A DNA stretch of 64,000 nucleotides from a virus (IMGVR_UViG_3300005530_000876), one strand, 5' to 3'; shown: positions 20,714 to 30,798, numbered from the stretch's first letter. Translations and numbers: made by a program. Notes: generated from the letters alone by a model not told the origin.

Positions 20714-21007
20714 TTACATTTTTTTTGTTCTTACCTGGTACTGCTTTTTATTAGGCATCGCATATTTGATAAACCGGGCATGTTTCGGACTGACGAATGG
20801 AATGAATTCAATTTCTGGCTGCTCTATGGTCAACATCGCTCTTCCACTACAACCATTAAGCTGATCAATCATCTTTTTTCTTTCATCTTCCGTTAATTTC
20901 GGAGGACTAACTATTACCACAGGCGATTTATAATATTCTCTCAATTGCCTGGCCGCTATTCCGGAACCTATTATTGTAATTTTTTGATCTGCTTTCATTC
21001 TTTTCAA
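20714..21007 (-). CDS. Hypothetical protein (tail assembly?)
   Basis: 97-aa ORF. Confidence 0.35.
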   Translation of the reverse strand: MKRMKADQKITIIGSGIAARQLREYYKSPVVIVSPPKLTEDERKKMIDQLNGCSGRAMLTIEQPEIEFIPFVSPKHARFIKYAMPNKKQYQVRTKKM

Positions 21008-21100
21008 GTTTAGTGGTTGCTGCTATTTGAGGCCAATGCGAGCATTATAAACACCAATATTATTACAACTAAAATATCTGCTGAAGATTCCATACTTATT

Positions 21101-21673
21101 TTAATTTCTGATTGTCATATACGCATTGCTAAACATGAACTGGATAACAAACTGATATTGAAATTCCTGATCGTTTTTAAGCTTCGGAAATTTGCCAGCG
21201 ATCTTTACTACCGGGATGTAGTCATCAGCTTGTCCTTCTATGCCTGTCCATTCGAGTAAGATCTTCGGAGAATCTGCCAGCTCACGAACCCAGGGCATGT
21301 CCTCTTCTTTTAAATTCGATCTTGCTTCCCATGTATCATTACTGTTGACGTTAAACCTTTCTATACCCGTATCAGTTTTTGACAAAGGATAATTCAGAGA
21401 ATTTTGAAATTGATCAGCCGTATCTTCATGGACTACACTTGGTTTTAAAAAGTTAAGCGCATCCCAACCCCCAACGCTGTTTAAAAAGTGCAATCTGATT
21501 TTATCATCCGGGCAACAGCAATTTGATTTATACCCCGGTGTCGTGGCCAGGACATTATTCGAAGCGTCTTGAACCTGCAGATAATAATCCGTCACCAGAT
21601 TAAAATCAACCGTATTGAAAATTGTCGCTAAATTTTTAGGACCGCAGGGAATATGATAAATTGATTTACTCAT
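21101..21673 (-). CDS. Hypothetical tail-module protein with CCC motif (KSNCCCPDD)
   Basis: 190-aa ORF. Confidence 0.4.
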   Translation of the reverse strand: MSKSIYHIPCGPKNLATIFNTVDFNLVTDYYLQVQDASNNVLATTPGYKSNCCCPDDKIRLHFLNSVGGWDALNFLKPSVVHEDTADQFQNSLNYPLSKTDTGIERFNVNSNDTWEARSNLKEEDMPWVRELADSPKILLEWTGIEGQADDYIPVVKIAGKFPKLKNDQEFQYQFVIQFMFSNAYMTIRN

Positions 21674-23257
21674 TTAAAAAGCTTTTGATATTTGATAGGT
21701 GTTTGGCGTTCCTATTGTTCCGCCGGTAACAGAAGTAACTGTGAAGTGTCCAAGGATAGACGTTGATGGGTGCTCTAATCCAGCTATATCAACATCGAGT
21801 GATCCGTTACCGTTTGAATCCAAAACAATATTCCACGTGTATCCCTGGAAGGCTTGCAAGCCATTTACTTTCAGCTGGCCGCCGTTTGTATTGGTCAATG
21901 TGTCGAGCGTTATTGTAATTGTTGCTCCTGGCTGGCCGCCGATGATATTGGCAGTTTCAGATTCGTTCCAATCATCGCCGCCGTTGAAAGTTGTATCACC
22001 GAACCTCGTTCCACTTTGAATGACATCAATCGTGTCTGAATAATCAACCGATCCGCAGCCGTTTGTAACCGTAAAAGCTACAGTAATACCGGTGCCCACA
22101 TCTCCAATTCCAGGTGTGCCGGTCAGAATTACTTCGTTATCTGAAATATCAGCCACGAGCCAAGCCACATCAGGTTGTACTGTTATATTAAATGGTCCTG
22201 TGCCGGTAAGAATGACGGCAGCAGAATATGGCTGATCAGAATATGCATCTGGAAGCAAAGGTGTTCCGGAAATACCCACAGCAGTACAACCACTTACTAC
22301 ACTGATCGATTTATAAGCGCTCGCAGATCCGCATGCGTTTGTTACAATAACATTTACCGCTTTGTTCGTTCCTACATCTCCGGCTGCCGGAGTTCCGCTG
22401 AAAACCAAATCACTTCCGACAATGTCTGCACGAAGCCAGGCAGCTGTTGACGAAAAGCTTGATAGGTTAAACGGCGCCGTACCGCCCAAGGGAACTGTTT
22501 TCGAATAAGGCGTGTCAACGATCGCATCAGCAAATGAAATTGTTGGAATAGAAACAGCCGCACAGGTTGAAGATCCACACTGTTGAACTGAAGAGTAAGC
22601 GGCATCACCCCTTTTTTTATAAAATAATTTTAAACAAAGAGGGTCTTTGCTGCTCAGGTTTACGATCGGAAAATAATCACTGTCTCCTTTACAAACCTTA
22701 TACCCGGGTTTCCTGTGCGTCAAAGGAAAAACGTTTGCATCCCAGGTACCGGTTTTATAATAACCCAAATGCGTTGCTGCATCCTGGTTTTGTTCATGCT
22801 GCAATGTAGATATCACCCCAAAAAAAGAGTTCGATTGCGTGCCGGTGCCTGCTACCGGATTTACTGTTCCTGTTCCCTGAACCGGGGCCGTTCCTTCTGA
22901 AGTAATGAAACTATTTACATCATATCCGGAGGACCTGAATTTGCAATAAACCGAACGCATGGCCAGGGAATCTTTTACTATTGCTGATCCGCCGTTTTGT
23001 TGAATTGTTGATGATAAAACTTCCTGGACTGCATCCATGATATCGAATTGCCAATCGCTATTTGTTGAATTGAGCGTTTTATAAATGGTGCGTTCCTGTG
23101 TCTTATAGAATACATCATCAATATAGATATCACAATAAACAATCGGAGGCTTTGCGTTGCCATCGGTTCTGGATGCTCTGACCACGAAAACGATAGGACG
23201 GTAAGCTGCTTTAAGTGCGTTTGCTGAGGGCTGTTCTATGATGGATATTATTGGCAT
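21674..23257 (-). CDS. Structural protein with two tandem Ig-like (He_PIG/putative-Ig type) domains; candidate major tail protein
   Basis: 527 aa with two ~85-aa repeats (TPYSKTVPLGGTAPFN...GTPAAGDVGTNKAVNVIVTNACGS and DQPYSAAVILTGTGPFN...GTPGIGDVGTGITVAFTVTNGCGS) that resemble the putative-Ig domain pattern. Confidence 0.5.
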   Translation of the reverse strand: MPIISIIEQPSANALKAAYRPIVFVVRASRTDGNAKPPIVYCDIYIDDVFYKTQERTIYKTLNSTNSDWQFDIMDAVQEVLSSTIQQNGGSAIVKDSLAMRSVYCKFRSSGYDVNSFITSEGTAPVQGTGTVNPVAGTGTQSNSFFGVISTLQHEQNQDAATHLGYYKTGTWDANVFPLTHRKPGYKVCKGDSDYFPIVNLSSKDPLCLKLFYKKRGDAAYSSVQQCGSSTCAAVSIPTISFADAIVDTPYSKTVPLGGTAPFNLSSFSSTAAWLRADIVGSDLVFSGTPAAGDVGTNKAVNVIVTNACGSASAYKSISVVSGCTAVGISGTPLLPDAYSDQPYSAAVILTGTGPFNITVQPDVAWLVADISDNEVILTGTPGIGDVGTGITVAFTVTNGCGSVDYSDTIDVIQSGTRFGDTTFNGGDDWNESETANIIGGQPGATITITLDTLTNTNGGQLKVNGLQAFQGYTWNIVLDSNGNGSLDVDIAGLEHPSTSILGHFTVTSVTGGTIGTPNTYQISKAF

Positions 23258-23533
23258 TTACTCTTGTTTAAAAATCGATTTGAATTCGCTTTCTGCTGCA
23301 GCTAATTTTTTTTCGTTCATCTCGTTCAATAAAAATGCAATTTGCTTAAACTCATCTTTACTCAAAGGAATGTAAACGTCATCTTCTTTCAGGTCTGCTG
23401 TTGGTCTAAATATTAATTTGCTTTCCCTTGGATCAACTTTTTCAAGGCAACAAAAAAGCAATTTTTTGTTTTTATTTAACTGATCAATTTTTTGATCCAG
23501 GAAAATGGAACGAGACAATAATTCTTTACTCAT
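23258..23533 (-). CDS. Hypothetical (connector/neck?) protein
   Basis: 91-aa ORF. Confidence 0.35.
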   Translation of the reverse strand: MSKELLSRSIFLDQKIDQLNKNKKLLFCCLEKVDPRESKLIFRPTADLKEDDVYIPLSKDEFKQIAFLLNEMNEKKLAAAESEFKSIFKQE

Positions 23534-23561
23534 GGGTTTTATTTTTTGACTGTAATAAGAT

Positions 23562-23747
23562 TTATTTTTTACGATTTATTGCCCTGGATTTCTTTGCCAT
23601 GCGATTACGTTTTTGCTTTTTAGCATAGATGGAAGTCGCCAGTTTTAATTTCGGATAACTTACCGGTACTTCTGAGCCGCCAAAACTGTTTCCCAACGCT
23701 TCGTTTAATTTGCCAGTGATTTTTTCTGCTAAATTTTTCTCTGTCAT
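23562..23747 (-). CDS. Small highly basic protein
   Basis: 61 aa with a Lys/Arg-rich C-terminus (KKQKRNRMAKKSRAINRKK). Confidence 0.3.
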   Translation of the reverse strand: MTEKNLAEKITGKLNEALGNSFGGSEVPVSYPKLKLATSIYAKKQKRNRMAKKSRAINRKK

Positions 23748-24241
23748 ATTGTTCCTGATTTAACCTGGTTAAAAATATTGTCGAGTGAATTAAATGCAGC
23801 TGTGTCGATTAAGTTTACAAATTTTGGCTGATTCTTGTCAAACGTTTGCTCCATGACCTCAGTTCTGAAACCTGTTTTTGAAAAAGCATAAGAGCCGTGT
23901 GTTGGCATTCCTTCCTTTTGTTGTTTCTTGATGATGGCATAAGCCACACTTGTCGCTTTCTTTCCATGATAACCCATTCGCAGTTCCACGTATCTTGTCA
24001 TTTCAGTAAGCCTGCTGGATGAGAGTTCTATTTGAGGGGCCGCAATGCCTGTTTCGAGATCTTCCAAATATTCAAGCGCTGAAGCCGTAAGCGTAATGCC
24101 GCCATTCTCATGGATTTCTTCATCATGAATTGAAGCTTCCAAAGCCCCGGTAAGATAATGCCCCTGCAGTCGAAGCTCTGTTCGAATATCTTCAACAATT
24201 AATCTGTTGGCCGGTTCAAATATGGATGGGTTTGTTTCCAT
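23744..24241 (-). CDS. Hypothetical (head-tail connector-sized) protein
   Basis: 165-aa ORF with a 4-nt overlap. Confidence 0.4.
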   Translation of the reverse strand: METNPSIFEPANRLIVEDIRTELRLQGHYLTGALEASIHDEEIHENGGITLTASALEYLEDLETGIAAPQIELSSSRLTEMTRYVELRMGYHGKKATSVAYAIIKKQQKEGMPTHGSYAFSKTGFRTEVMEQTFDKNQPKFVNLIDTAAFNSLDNIFNQVKSGTI

Positions 24242-24247
24242 TGTTTA

Positions 24248-24529
24248 TTATTGTGGTTGTGGTAACCTGATTCCTTCTCTTAGCAGTTTTAAGTTAAGAT
24301 ATTGTACTTTGTGAAGTTGCTCAATAAGTTGCTCAATTAAAGCGTAAGGATCCGCATCATTAATAAGAAGTTGTACTATCGCGTACATTTCAGGGCTATA
24401 TAGGTAGAATTTTTCAACAAATTCTTTTCTGAATCTGCTCAATACTTCTTCTTTTTTAGTCCGGTATTCCTTTTCTGCGATTGAGAAATCTTCTTTCTCT
24501 GGACGCGGTGGTCCATATAGGATTCCCAT
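24248..24529 (-). CDS. Hypothetical protein
   Basis: 93-aa ORF. Confidence 0.35.
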   Translation of the reverse strand: MGILYGPPRPEKEDFSIAEKEYRTKKEEVLSRFRKEFVEKFYLYSPEMYAIVQLLINDADPYALIEQLIEQLHKVQYLNLKLLREGIRLPQPQ

Positions 24530-24801
24530 TACTGATTTGAATTTAATTGTAAAAAATAAGGTTCAAGCTTCCGGAAAACATTCAATACTTCCAGCCGGCA
24601 TTTAGGGCAACTGAATGGACCTATATTTTGCGACGGATCCAAAAACTCTTCATATACATCAAAAAGGAATTCCATAGGTGTGCCCTTTTGATCTGAAAAT
24701 TCACTGGCAGTGCCAATCATTTTTTTTTCAATGATCATCTTTCTGATTTCATTCGGAACCAGCTTGGCATAATTCAATTCAAGTTTATTATTATCAAACA
24801 T
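24529..24801 (-). CDS. Hypothetical protein
   Basis: 90-aa ORF. Confidence 0.35.
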   Translation of the reverse strand: MFDNNKLELNYAKLVPNEIRKMIIEKKMIGTASEFSDQKGTPMEFLFDVYEEFLDPSQNIGPFSCPKCRLEVLNVFRKLEPYFLQLNSNQ

Positions 24802-25435
24802 CTTCGTGTATAGTTGGTGAGGGTATCGTAATACTATTTATATCAGCGTACTCTGTCTGATCACATTCAAGCGGTTGCATAGTCATCGTAAAGGCCTGGC
24901 TTATTCCGGATAAAGAATCATTATAAAATTTTGACAGGCGGTTATAAATCACACTTCCTTTATCCAGGTTTATCATGGACCGCAAAGGAACTGCGACACT
25001 ATCGACCATAACATTTTTGGACTTGATGACCTGGTTAAGCACACTGTAAAAATTCATTGCGCATGACTTCATGTCTTGCCAGTCATACCAAATATGATGT
25101 GCAGATTGGCCGGTGTCTTTGTCTCTCATTTTTACAGAATTGTCACTATTCCTGAAGGTGGTTGTTAGCCAATAGAGATTAAATGTGAACTGCTCGAAAT
25201 CCTGACCATTGATAGGAATTATCCTGCTTCTGGGCGTGAAGCAAACGCAGATAGGATAATTTTTAAAATCAATCAATCCTTTTGCCGGATCTTTTATATA
25301 AGTTTCCAGGTTGGATGTGTTCAGGTCGTTGCCCTGATTTGGAGAAACATGATAGCTTCCCTTCAGTACTGAAGATTTTTTCAGTATTTGCTTGAATAGG
25401 CCGTTTTCTTCATCATATAAAAAGAGTTCCTGCAT
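24794..25435 (-). CDS. Hypothetical protein
   Basis: 213-aa ORF. Confidence 0.4.
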   Translation of the reverse strand: MQELFLYDEENGLFKQILKKSSVLKGSYHVSPNQGNDLNTSNLETYIKDPAKGLIDFKNYPICVCFTPRSRIIPINGQDFEQFTFNLYWLTTTFRNSDNSVKMRDKDTGQSAHHIWYDWQDMKSCAMNFYSVLNQVIKSKNVMVDSVAVPLRSMINLDKGSVIYNRLSKFYNDSLSGISQAFTMTMQPLECDQTEYADINSITIPSPTIHEDV

Positions 25436-25454
25436 TTTTAATTTATTTTTTGAA

Positions 25455-25649
25455 CTACTTATTTGGATCTGTTTCTATGAACATTTGCTTTGCAAATCCA
25501 ATCTGCTGGTCCCACACTTCACTTTTCATGTGCATCTTATTATTTTCGCAAATCTTCAATAGCTTTCCTAATCCCAATCTGAGCTTAGCGTTCTTGTCCT
25601 GCAATTCCATAATCATTTGACTTGCCGTTTTTTCGACTGTTTTTTCCAT
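25455..25649 (-). CDS. Hypothetical small protein
   Basis: 64-aa ORF. Confidence 0.3.
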   Translation of the reverse strand: MEKTVEKTASQMIMELQDKNAKLRLGLGKLLKICENNKMHMKSEVWDQQIGFAKQMFIETDPNK

Positions 25650-26059
25650 TATCTTGACTTTAAAGGATCAACAAATCTTTCCAATCGTTTTAATCTTTCG
25701 TCTCTTATCTTTTCCTTGCTGGTACAATTGCATTCAGATTCGTTTAAAGTTTTTGCCAGCTGCTTGCCTTGGTTGATCACATAGATCAAAACCGTATTAA
25801 TGCCGGCAGCTGATGCAACAATGATCGCGAGTTGCCAAACATTGTCAACGTGCCAAACATTGCCCACTATTCCGCATGCAACGACTGTCGGCCCCCACCA
25901 AGGACACATACAAATCGGACAATCAAAGAGAGGTTTTTTTAAATAAGCTGGGACGTTTTTTAAAGCTTCCGATACGAAAGAGAAAACCATCCCCGGCCAC
26001 GTACACACGTGGAAAAAAAGAATGATCAACGCTGTTATGAAAATTGTCTGTATCATCAT
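25649..26059 (-). CDS. Membrane protein with CPICMCPWWGP motif
   Basis: 136 aa with N-terminal TM helices and a Cys-rich loop. Confidence 0.4.
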   Translation of the reverse strand: MMIQTIFITALIILFFHVCTWPGMVFSFVSEALKNVPAYLKKPLFDCPICMCPWWGPTVVACGIVGNVWHVDNVWQLAIIVASAAGINTVLIYVINQGKQLAKTLNESECNCTSKEKIRDERLKRLERFVDPLKSR

Positions 26060-26517
26060 GCTTCTCCTTTTACTAATTTCATACCGCCTGGACCTTTTCC
26101 CATGATCTTTGCCCGAATACTGGCCTGATTATTCTCTTCCTCAAACTGTTTAAAGATCTTCTCCCGGATTGGCTGCTGTAATGCATTCCAACGATAGCCG
26201 ACGTTTGCATTCGTAACGAGAAAATGACCCCAGTCTTTAGCCGTGTAATTCATCTCCATCGCTGTTCGCGCTTCCAGGTTGTTGCAAAGTCTCATCACCA
26301 CATTCATATTAATGCCGTTTTTTTCGGTATCGAACAAATGGATGAAGGTTTCCTGTGGTATTTGCAAACTAATAGCAGAGGCGAAGAGTAAAGCTTCCAG
26401 GGCCACCGGATGCCATAATCTCAATTCATTGTCCCAGAACATGGTTACTTTTTCCAGTTCCTTTGTGAGCAGATCAGGGAATCTTTGTTGCTGCTGTTGT
26501 GTTATTTGAATTTTCAT
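26056..26517 (-). CDS. Hypothetical protein
   Basis: 153-aa ORF with a poly-Q N-terminus. Confidence 0.4.
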   Translation of the reverse strand: MKIQITQQQQQRFPDLLTKELEKVTMFWDNELRLWHPVALEALLFASAISLQIPQETFIHLFDTEKNGINMNVVMRLCNNLEARTAMEMNYTAKDWGHFLVTNANVGYRWNALQQPIREKIFKQFEEENNQASIRAKIMGKGPGGMKLVKGEA

Positions 26518-26520
26518 AAT

Positions 26521-27159
26521 TTATCTGGGTTTATAAATGCCATCTTCAAAGCCTTGTTCTTTCCAAAACTTTCTGTAATGGCTTACCTGTTTTTCAATTA
26601 ATATTGCTTGTTTGTGATGACGCCGGTATGCGGATCTGATAATGATCGAACTCATATCATCGGCGTGATAAATGCCAAGGTTATTAAACCACTGCACCAG
26701 CTGCGGTTTTGACTTGGGCCATGAATCGGATCCATGATCTTCATGCCACCACAAATACCAGCTGTTTCTTATAAACTGTCCGGATGCATGATGAGTGACA
26801 CAGAGAAATTTGTCCTCCGTGCAATTATCAATCAGCTGAAAATCTTCTGACTTGCTATAGAATTCAAGAAATGTTTCTACCGCTTCGTCAAGATCATTTG
26901 GGAGGCCAAACAGAAGATCATCATTTCCATACTCTTTCTTGTCTGTCTCTCTTTTTATTGATGTTTCCCGGGTAACAACATTGATTGCAGCAACGATAAG
27001 ACCTTCGTAATAACCGGATTCGTCTTTCTTTTTAAAGTCCGGGTTTTTGAAGAAAAAGCGACTGCCCCACGCTATGCAATCAGGCATCGGGTTAAACGGA
27101 GGTGTCATTACTGTTATTACCAGCTCTCCATTTTTTGTATATAGATTTACTTTGATCAT
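26521..27159 (-). CDS. Hypothetical protein
   Basis: 212-aa ORF. Confidence 0.4.
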   Translation of the reverse strand: MIKVNLYTKNGELVITVMTPPFNPMPDCIAWGSRFFFKNPDFKKKDESGYYEGLIVAAINVVTRETSIKRETDKKEYGNDDLLFGLPNDLDEAVETFLEFYSKSEDFQLIDNCTEDKFLCVTHHASGQFIRNSWYLWWHEDHGSDSWPKSKPQLVQWFNNLGIYHADDMSSIIIRSAYRRHHKQAILIEKQVSHYRKFWKEQGFEDGIYKPR

Positions 27160-27164
27160 TGGTT

Positions 27165-27578
27165 TTATTCTTTTGGACGAGTTGTATTTCCCTGTGCTGA
27201 AGGCTGAGTATCACTTTTTATTTCATAGAATGCAAATGGAAATTCACCACTATGTTCTTTTGATCCTTCTTGTCCATGTGGAATTGCCCTTCCTAATAAA
27301 ATATCTGAGCACATCCAGTACCCATGAATACCTATATGTTTGGGATATGCTAAACCTGCTCCGCAATTACAGCGAGAAAAAGCAGCAAAAACAAGATCTT
27401 CCAATTCAAATTTGTCTTGTTTGCTTTTACATCTCTTTAGTTTTAGCTGAACTTCATCTTCCTTTTTTATATAGTTTTCCCTTTGCAGTTTTTCTAATGG
27501 CTCTAATTCTGCTTTAAGAGCATCAATTTTTTTCTGTAATTGTTCTTCGGATAATTGTTCTTCAAACATATAATTCAA
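27165..27578 (-). CDS. Hypothetical protein
   Basis: 137-aa ORF with an N-terminal coiled-coil. Confidence 0.35.
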   Translation of the reverse strand: MNYMFEEQLSEEQLQKKIDALKAELEPLEKLQRENYIKKEDEVQLKLKRCKSKQDKFELEDLVFAAFSRCNCGAGLAYPKHIGIHGYWMCSDILLGRAIPHGQEGSKEHSGEFPFAFYEIKSDTQPSAQGNTTRPKE

Positions 27579-27701
27579 TTTTAAAATTTCTTTGGTTGAT
27601 GCCTACTTGTTAGGATAATCAATTTCGGTTCCTGGTTAGCTAATCCGTTTACCTAATCTCTTATCTTAATTTCAGCATCAACCTTTCTCTATGGTTTTAT
27701 G

Positions 27702-27773
27702 TTGCGTCGGCAGGACTCGAACCTGCGGCCTCCGGGTTATGAGCCCAGCGAGCTACCGCTGCTCTACGACGCG
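27702..27773 (-). tRNA. Initiator tRNA-fMet (anticodon CAT), phage-encoded
   Basis: The reverse complement folds as a cloverleaf: CGCGTCG-TA-GAGC-AGCGGTA-GCTC-G-CTGGG-CTCATAA-CCCGG-AGGCC-GCAGG-TTCGAGT-CCTGC-CGACGCA-A. It has a C1:A72 mismatch, three consecutive G-C pairs closing the anticodon stem (both initiator hallmarks) and a CAT anticodon. No CCA is encoded. Confidence 0.75.
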
Positions 27774-27923
27774 ATTTTTCATTTTAAATTTTCCCAAAAG
27801 CCTTCTGCCTTAGTTCGCAGCAACCCTAAAAAGTTTTCTGGTTGTATCAAGTCAATTATAAACTACGTGACCAGCTTATATCGGCCTGCTTATTCGAGCA
27901 GATGCTTATGGATGAGTAAAGAA

Positions 27924-28217
27924 CTATTTTTTGCTTACATGCCTTGGCTCAGCATTCACTATGCATGACTCAGCTATATTCATTTTCAAATTATCTCCTA
28001 TACGACACACATATACCTTTGACTTTATCTTCAAACAATCATCCTGAACTAAAACTTTTTTCGAACCAAAACTGTCGGCAGCGGCTCCAATATTTTTCCA
28101 GGCATTTTGTTTCTGTGTGAAGGTTTCAGAAACATTGAGTATTTCGCCGTTATTTGCTTTGGTCACCACGCAGAACTGTCCGTTTTTAGTTTTAAAAATG
28201 TGTATCATGGCATTCAC
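27924..28217 (-). CDS. DUF1508/YegP-like small protein
   Basis: 97 aa. IHIFKTKNGQFCVVTKANNGEILNVSETFTQKQNAWKNIGAAAD fits the YegP repeat (F..fk...G.yrf.lka.NGeii..Se.y.sk). Confidence 0.45.
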   Translation of the reverse strand: MNAMIHIFKTKNGQFCVVTKANNGEILNVSETFTQKQNAWKNIGAAADSFGSKKVLVQDDCLKIKSKVYVCRIGDNLKMNIAESCIVNAEPRHVSKK

Positions 28218-28245
28218 TTTAGTAAAATTTAATTTTCTATGTTTT

Positions 28246-29010
28246 TTATTTTAAAATGTGATCATACATTAGGACAAATCCAGCCCGGTTGATCAGTGAG
28301 CAGATTATAATTTTTTTGAAAATTTCTACCCAGCTGTTACTCTCATTCATAGCAATCATCACACTCCCTAAGGAGAAAGATCTGTTTATCATTCTTGTTA
28401 AATGATTTCCATCCGTTATTCCTACAAGCCATGTTTTAGCCCCGGGAAAAGCCGCCCGCGTATCTCCTTTATCGTAATCAACATATTTTCTTTTCCAACT
28501 GGTATTGTAATCCCAGAAAGAATGGCCAGCGAGGGCATGATGATAAACAAGAGCCTGATTCATACCGTCTGCTGCACCGGAGACAAACTGCATCGCATAG
28601 ATCAAAATATCTTTCTTGCCTATCAACGGTTTAATTGAAAATTCATTAACTGTCGCTTTCAACATGTGCGGAGGAAGCGTCCATTTGTTTATTTCACGTA
28701 TGCCTTGTTCCTTTAATCGAACCATTTCTTGTGTCGCCTTTTTAGTTCCAGCCTCAAGAGCAGAATCGGTATTTTGCGCAAATGATGAAAAGGAGAAAAG
28801 ACAAAGAATAATTGCAATCGGTAACTTATTGTATTTTGAATTGCTATAAAAAAAAACGGCAATAAATGCCAAAAGAATACTCCCTACAACTGCAAGACAC
28901 TTTACCACTATCTGATTAAATATTCCGAAGAAAATGCAATAAGCAGATATTACTACTGAAACTACCGCCAAAATCAAAACCGTATTCATTATTATAGCTT
29001 GTTTTTTCAT
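28246..29010 (-). CDS. Multi-TM membrane protein with a C-terminal extracytoplasmic domain
   Basis: 254 aa with three N-terminal hydrophobic helices. Confidence 0.4.
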   Translation of the reverse strand: MKKQAIIMNTVLILAVVSVVISAYCIFFGIFNQIVVKCLAVVGSILLAFIAVFFYSNSKYNKLPIAIILCLFSFSSFAQNTDSALEAGTKKATQEMVRLKEQGIREINKWTLPPHMLKATVNEFSIKPLIGKKDILIYAMQFVSGAADGMNQALVYHHALAGHSFWDYNTSWKRKYVDYDKGDTRAAFPGAKTWLVGITDGNHLTRMINRSFSLGSVMIAMNESNSWVEIFKKIIICSLINRAGFVLMYDHILK

Positions 29011-29037
29011 TTTTCTGTAAGATTTCTTTATGATGAT

Positions 29038-29292
29038 CTATTTGATTTTATAAGCTTCATACTCCGCAATTGCATAATCTTTTCTCTGGCTGGCGTAGAT
29101 CAAAACGTTAAATGCTTTCGCGATTTTTGCACACTCAATACTGTCAAGTCCTCTTCCGGGTATATCAAAAATCTTTGTCTCGGCCATCGCACTGAGAAAG
29201 TTTACCCAGCCCCACTCTTCATAGAATGCTATCAGTTCAGCCTTGCGGTCTCCTCCACTTCGTCTTGAGAAGACACTAAAGTTTTGCTCCAA
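29038..29292 (-). CDS. Hypothetical small protein
   Basis: 84-aa ORF that overlaps the upstream gene by ~60 nt. The true start may be the internal Met at about 29187. Confidence 0.3.
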   Translation of the reverse strand: MEQNFSVFSRRSGGDRKAELIAFYEEWGWVNFLSAMAETKIFDIPGRGLDSIECAKIAKAFNVLIYASQRKDYAIAEYEAYKIK

Positions 29293-29915
29293 ATATTTAC
29301 ACAGATGTTCAAAAAAAAAGCAACAGCGAGCGCGTGCTTCAGTGGTAAACTATTCATCAACTCCATTCGTTCACTTCCTTCGTGAATCATTGAATCTTCA
29401 AATGCTTCACCTTTCTTGCGGAAATAAACACAACACAGATAGGGGAGTCCGGTCCAATTGTCTTCACCGATCTTATACACCTGGCGCATTACTTCTTTTG
29501 AAGTGATGATTTCATTGAAATTCATTTCGCTTGCCGGGGTCAAGGTAAATGCTTCAATCTGCCATTGTTCGCCCTGCCACTCTGTTTCATATGGAAATTC
29601 ATAATTGTTCTCATTGAGAAGCGTTTTTAAAACACGGTAACGATCAAGAAATTGAACCATACCTGGTTGTTTACTTGCTTCCTCTTCATCTGTTTTTGTC
29701 CAGAAGCAAAACCAGCATAGCGCTTCCCGGTCCAGGTAATCTTCCAATCGGACCATTTTATCAACATCCTTTAAATCTTTATCGTCAAGGATCTGTTTCA
29801 ACTCTTCGTTTAGTTTTTTACCGTATTGATTATGCCACTCGAGAAAGTCAGATAATTTAATCAGTTCTGTGTCAAATGGAATATCAAACTGAATATCATT
29901 GATCGTTACCTGCAT
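29232..29915 (-). CDS. Hypothetical protein
   Basis: 227-aa ORF. Confidence 0.4.
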   Translation of the reverse strand: MQVTINDIQFDIPFDTELIKLSDFLEWHNQYGKKLNEELKQILDDKDLKDVDKMVRLEDYLDREALCWFCFWTKTDEEEASKQPGMVQFLDRYRVLKTLLNENNYEFPYETEWQGEQWQIEAFTLTPASEMNFNEIITSKEVMRQVYKIGEDNWTGLPYLCCVYFRKKGEAFEDSMIHEGSERMELMNSLPLKHALAVAFFLNICVNIWSKTLVSSQDEVEETARLN

Positions 29916-30798
29916 GCAGTGTTTTGATTGCTTCTTTCAATTGAGAGATAAATTTGCTGTCGATTTTGGTTTTGTCAGTTACCTCAAGATTGGCCATCAT
30001 GGCAAATTCTTTAATTTGGTTCTCTTCATAAGCTTCCAGAATTGCAGCGTTTGTCAGGGCAGAAAGTTCGTCCAACATTTTAAGATTGCCATTTACCTGT
30101 GCATGATCATCGCCTTCTTCATCTGACACTTTTTTGTTTTCATCGTTGATCTTTTCTGCATCCAGTGAATCCAGAAATTTTTGATCTTTATTATCCGGAT
30201 CATCTTTATTATCCGGATCATCTTTTCCCAGATCATCTCCATCATTGTTTCCTTCTCCGCCTGTGATTTTATCATTCAATTCATCTACAACCAAATTACC
30301 TGCTAAGTGTTGTTTGACAATTGCCTCCTTGATCTTTTCGATGAAAGAAATATCAATTCTTTTGGGCGTTTTATCCGTAACCGGTAATCCTGCTTTTTTT
30401 GCCACACCTCTGATTTCGATATCACTGAGCGTGTCAAGAAGTTGGTCTGATTCTGTGATTGCAAACTTTCCGTAAATGTCCTCCACCTTCTGCTTCAGTT
30501 CTTCCATCTCCAATTCCCGCGGGGTTGTTTTGATTGGCTGAGGGTTTATAGCCTGGCCATGATCATTCAGCACGACTATGCCGAAGATCTTTCTAAGCGG
30601 CTCTCTGGCCGGCCTGGATTCTGCATCAGGAGCATCACCTATTCTGACTTTTAAAAAGTTAATATGTTTTGTCAGGTCCAGCCTTAGCCGGGTAACAAGT
30701 ATCTGAATTTCCGGGTTGGTAACTGATTCAATTCCGGCTTTTGCTGTTTGCAGCGTTTCGATTATGAACACATAATCAGGTTTAAAAGAATTTTCCAT
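29896..30798 (-). CDS. Acidic protein with internal duplication and a tandem DDPDNK repeat
   Basis: 300 aa. It contains two copies of a ~28-aa unit (VTDKTPKRIDISFIEKIKEAIVKQHLAGN and VTDKTKIDSKFISQLKEAIKTLHAGN) and DDPDNKDDPDNKD encoded by an 18-nt tandem DNA repeat. Confidence 0.45.
   Translation of the reverse strand: MENSFKPDYVFIIETLQTAKAGIESVTNPEIQILVTRLRLDLTKHINFLKVRIGDAPDAESRPAREPLRKIFGIVVLNDHGQAINPQPIKTTPRELEMEELKQKVEDIYGKFAITESDQLLDTLSDIEIRGVAKKAGLPVTDKTPKRIDISFIEKIKEAIVKQHLAGNLVVDELNDKITGGEGNNDGDDLGKDDPDNKDDPDNKDQKFLDSLDAEKINDENKKVSDEEGDDHAQVNGNLKMLDELSALTNAAILEAYEENQIKEFAMMANLEVTDKTKIDSKFISQLKEAIKTLHAGNDQ
30185..30220. repeat. 18-nt x2 tandem repeat (ctttattatccggatcat)
   Basis: Encodes DDPDNK x2 within the acidic protein gene. 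Confidence 0.6.
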
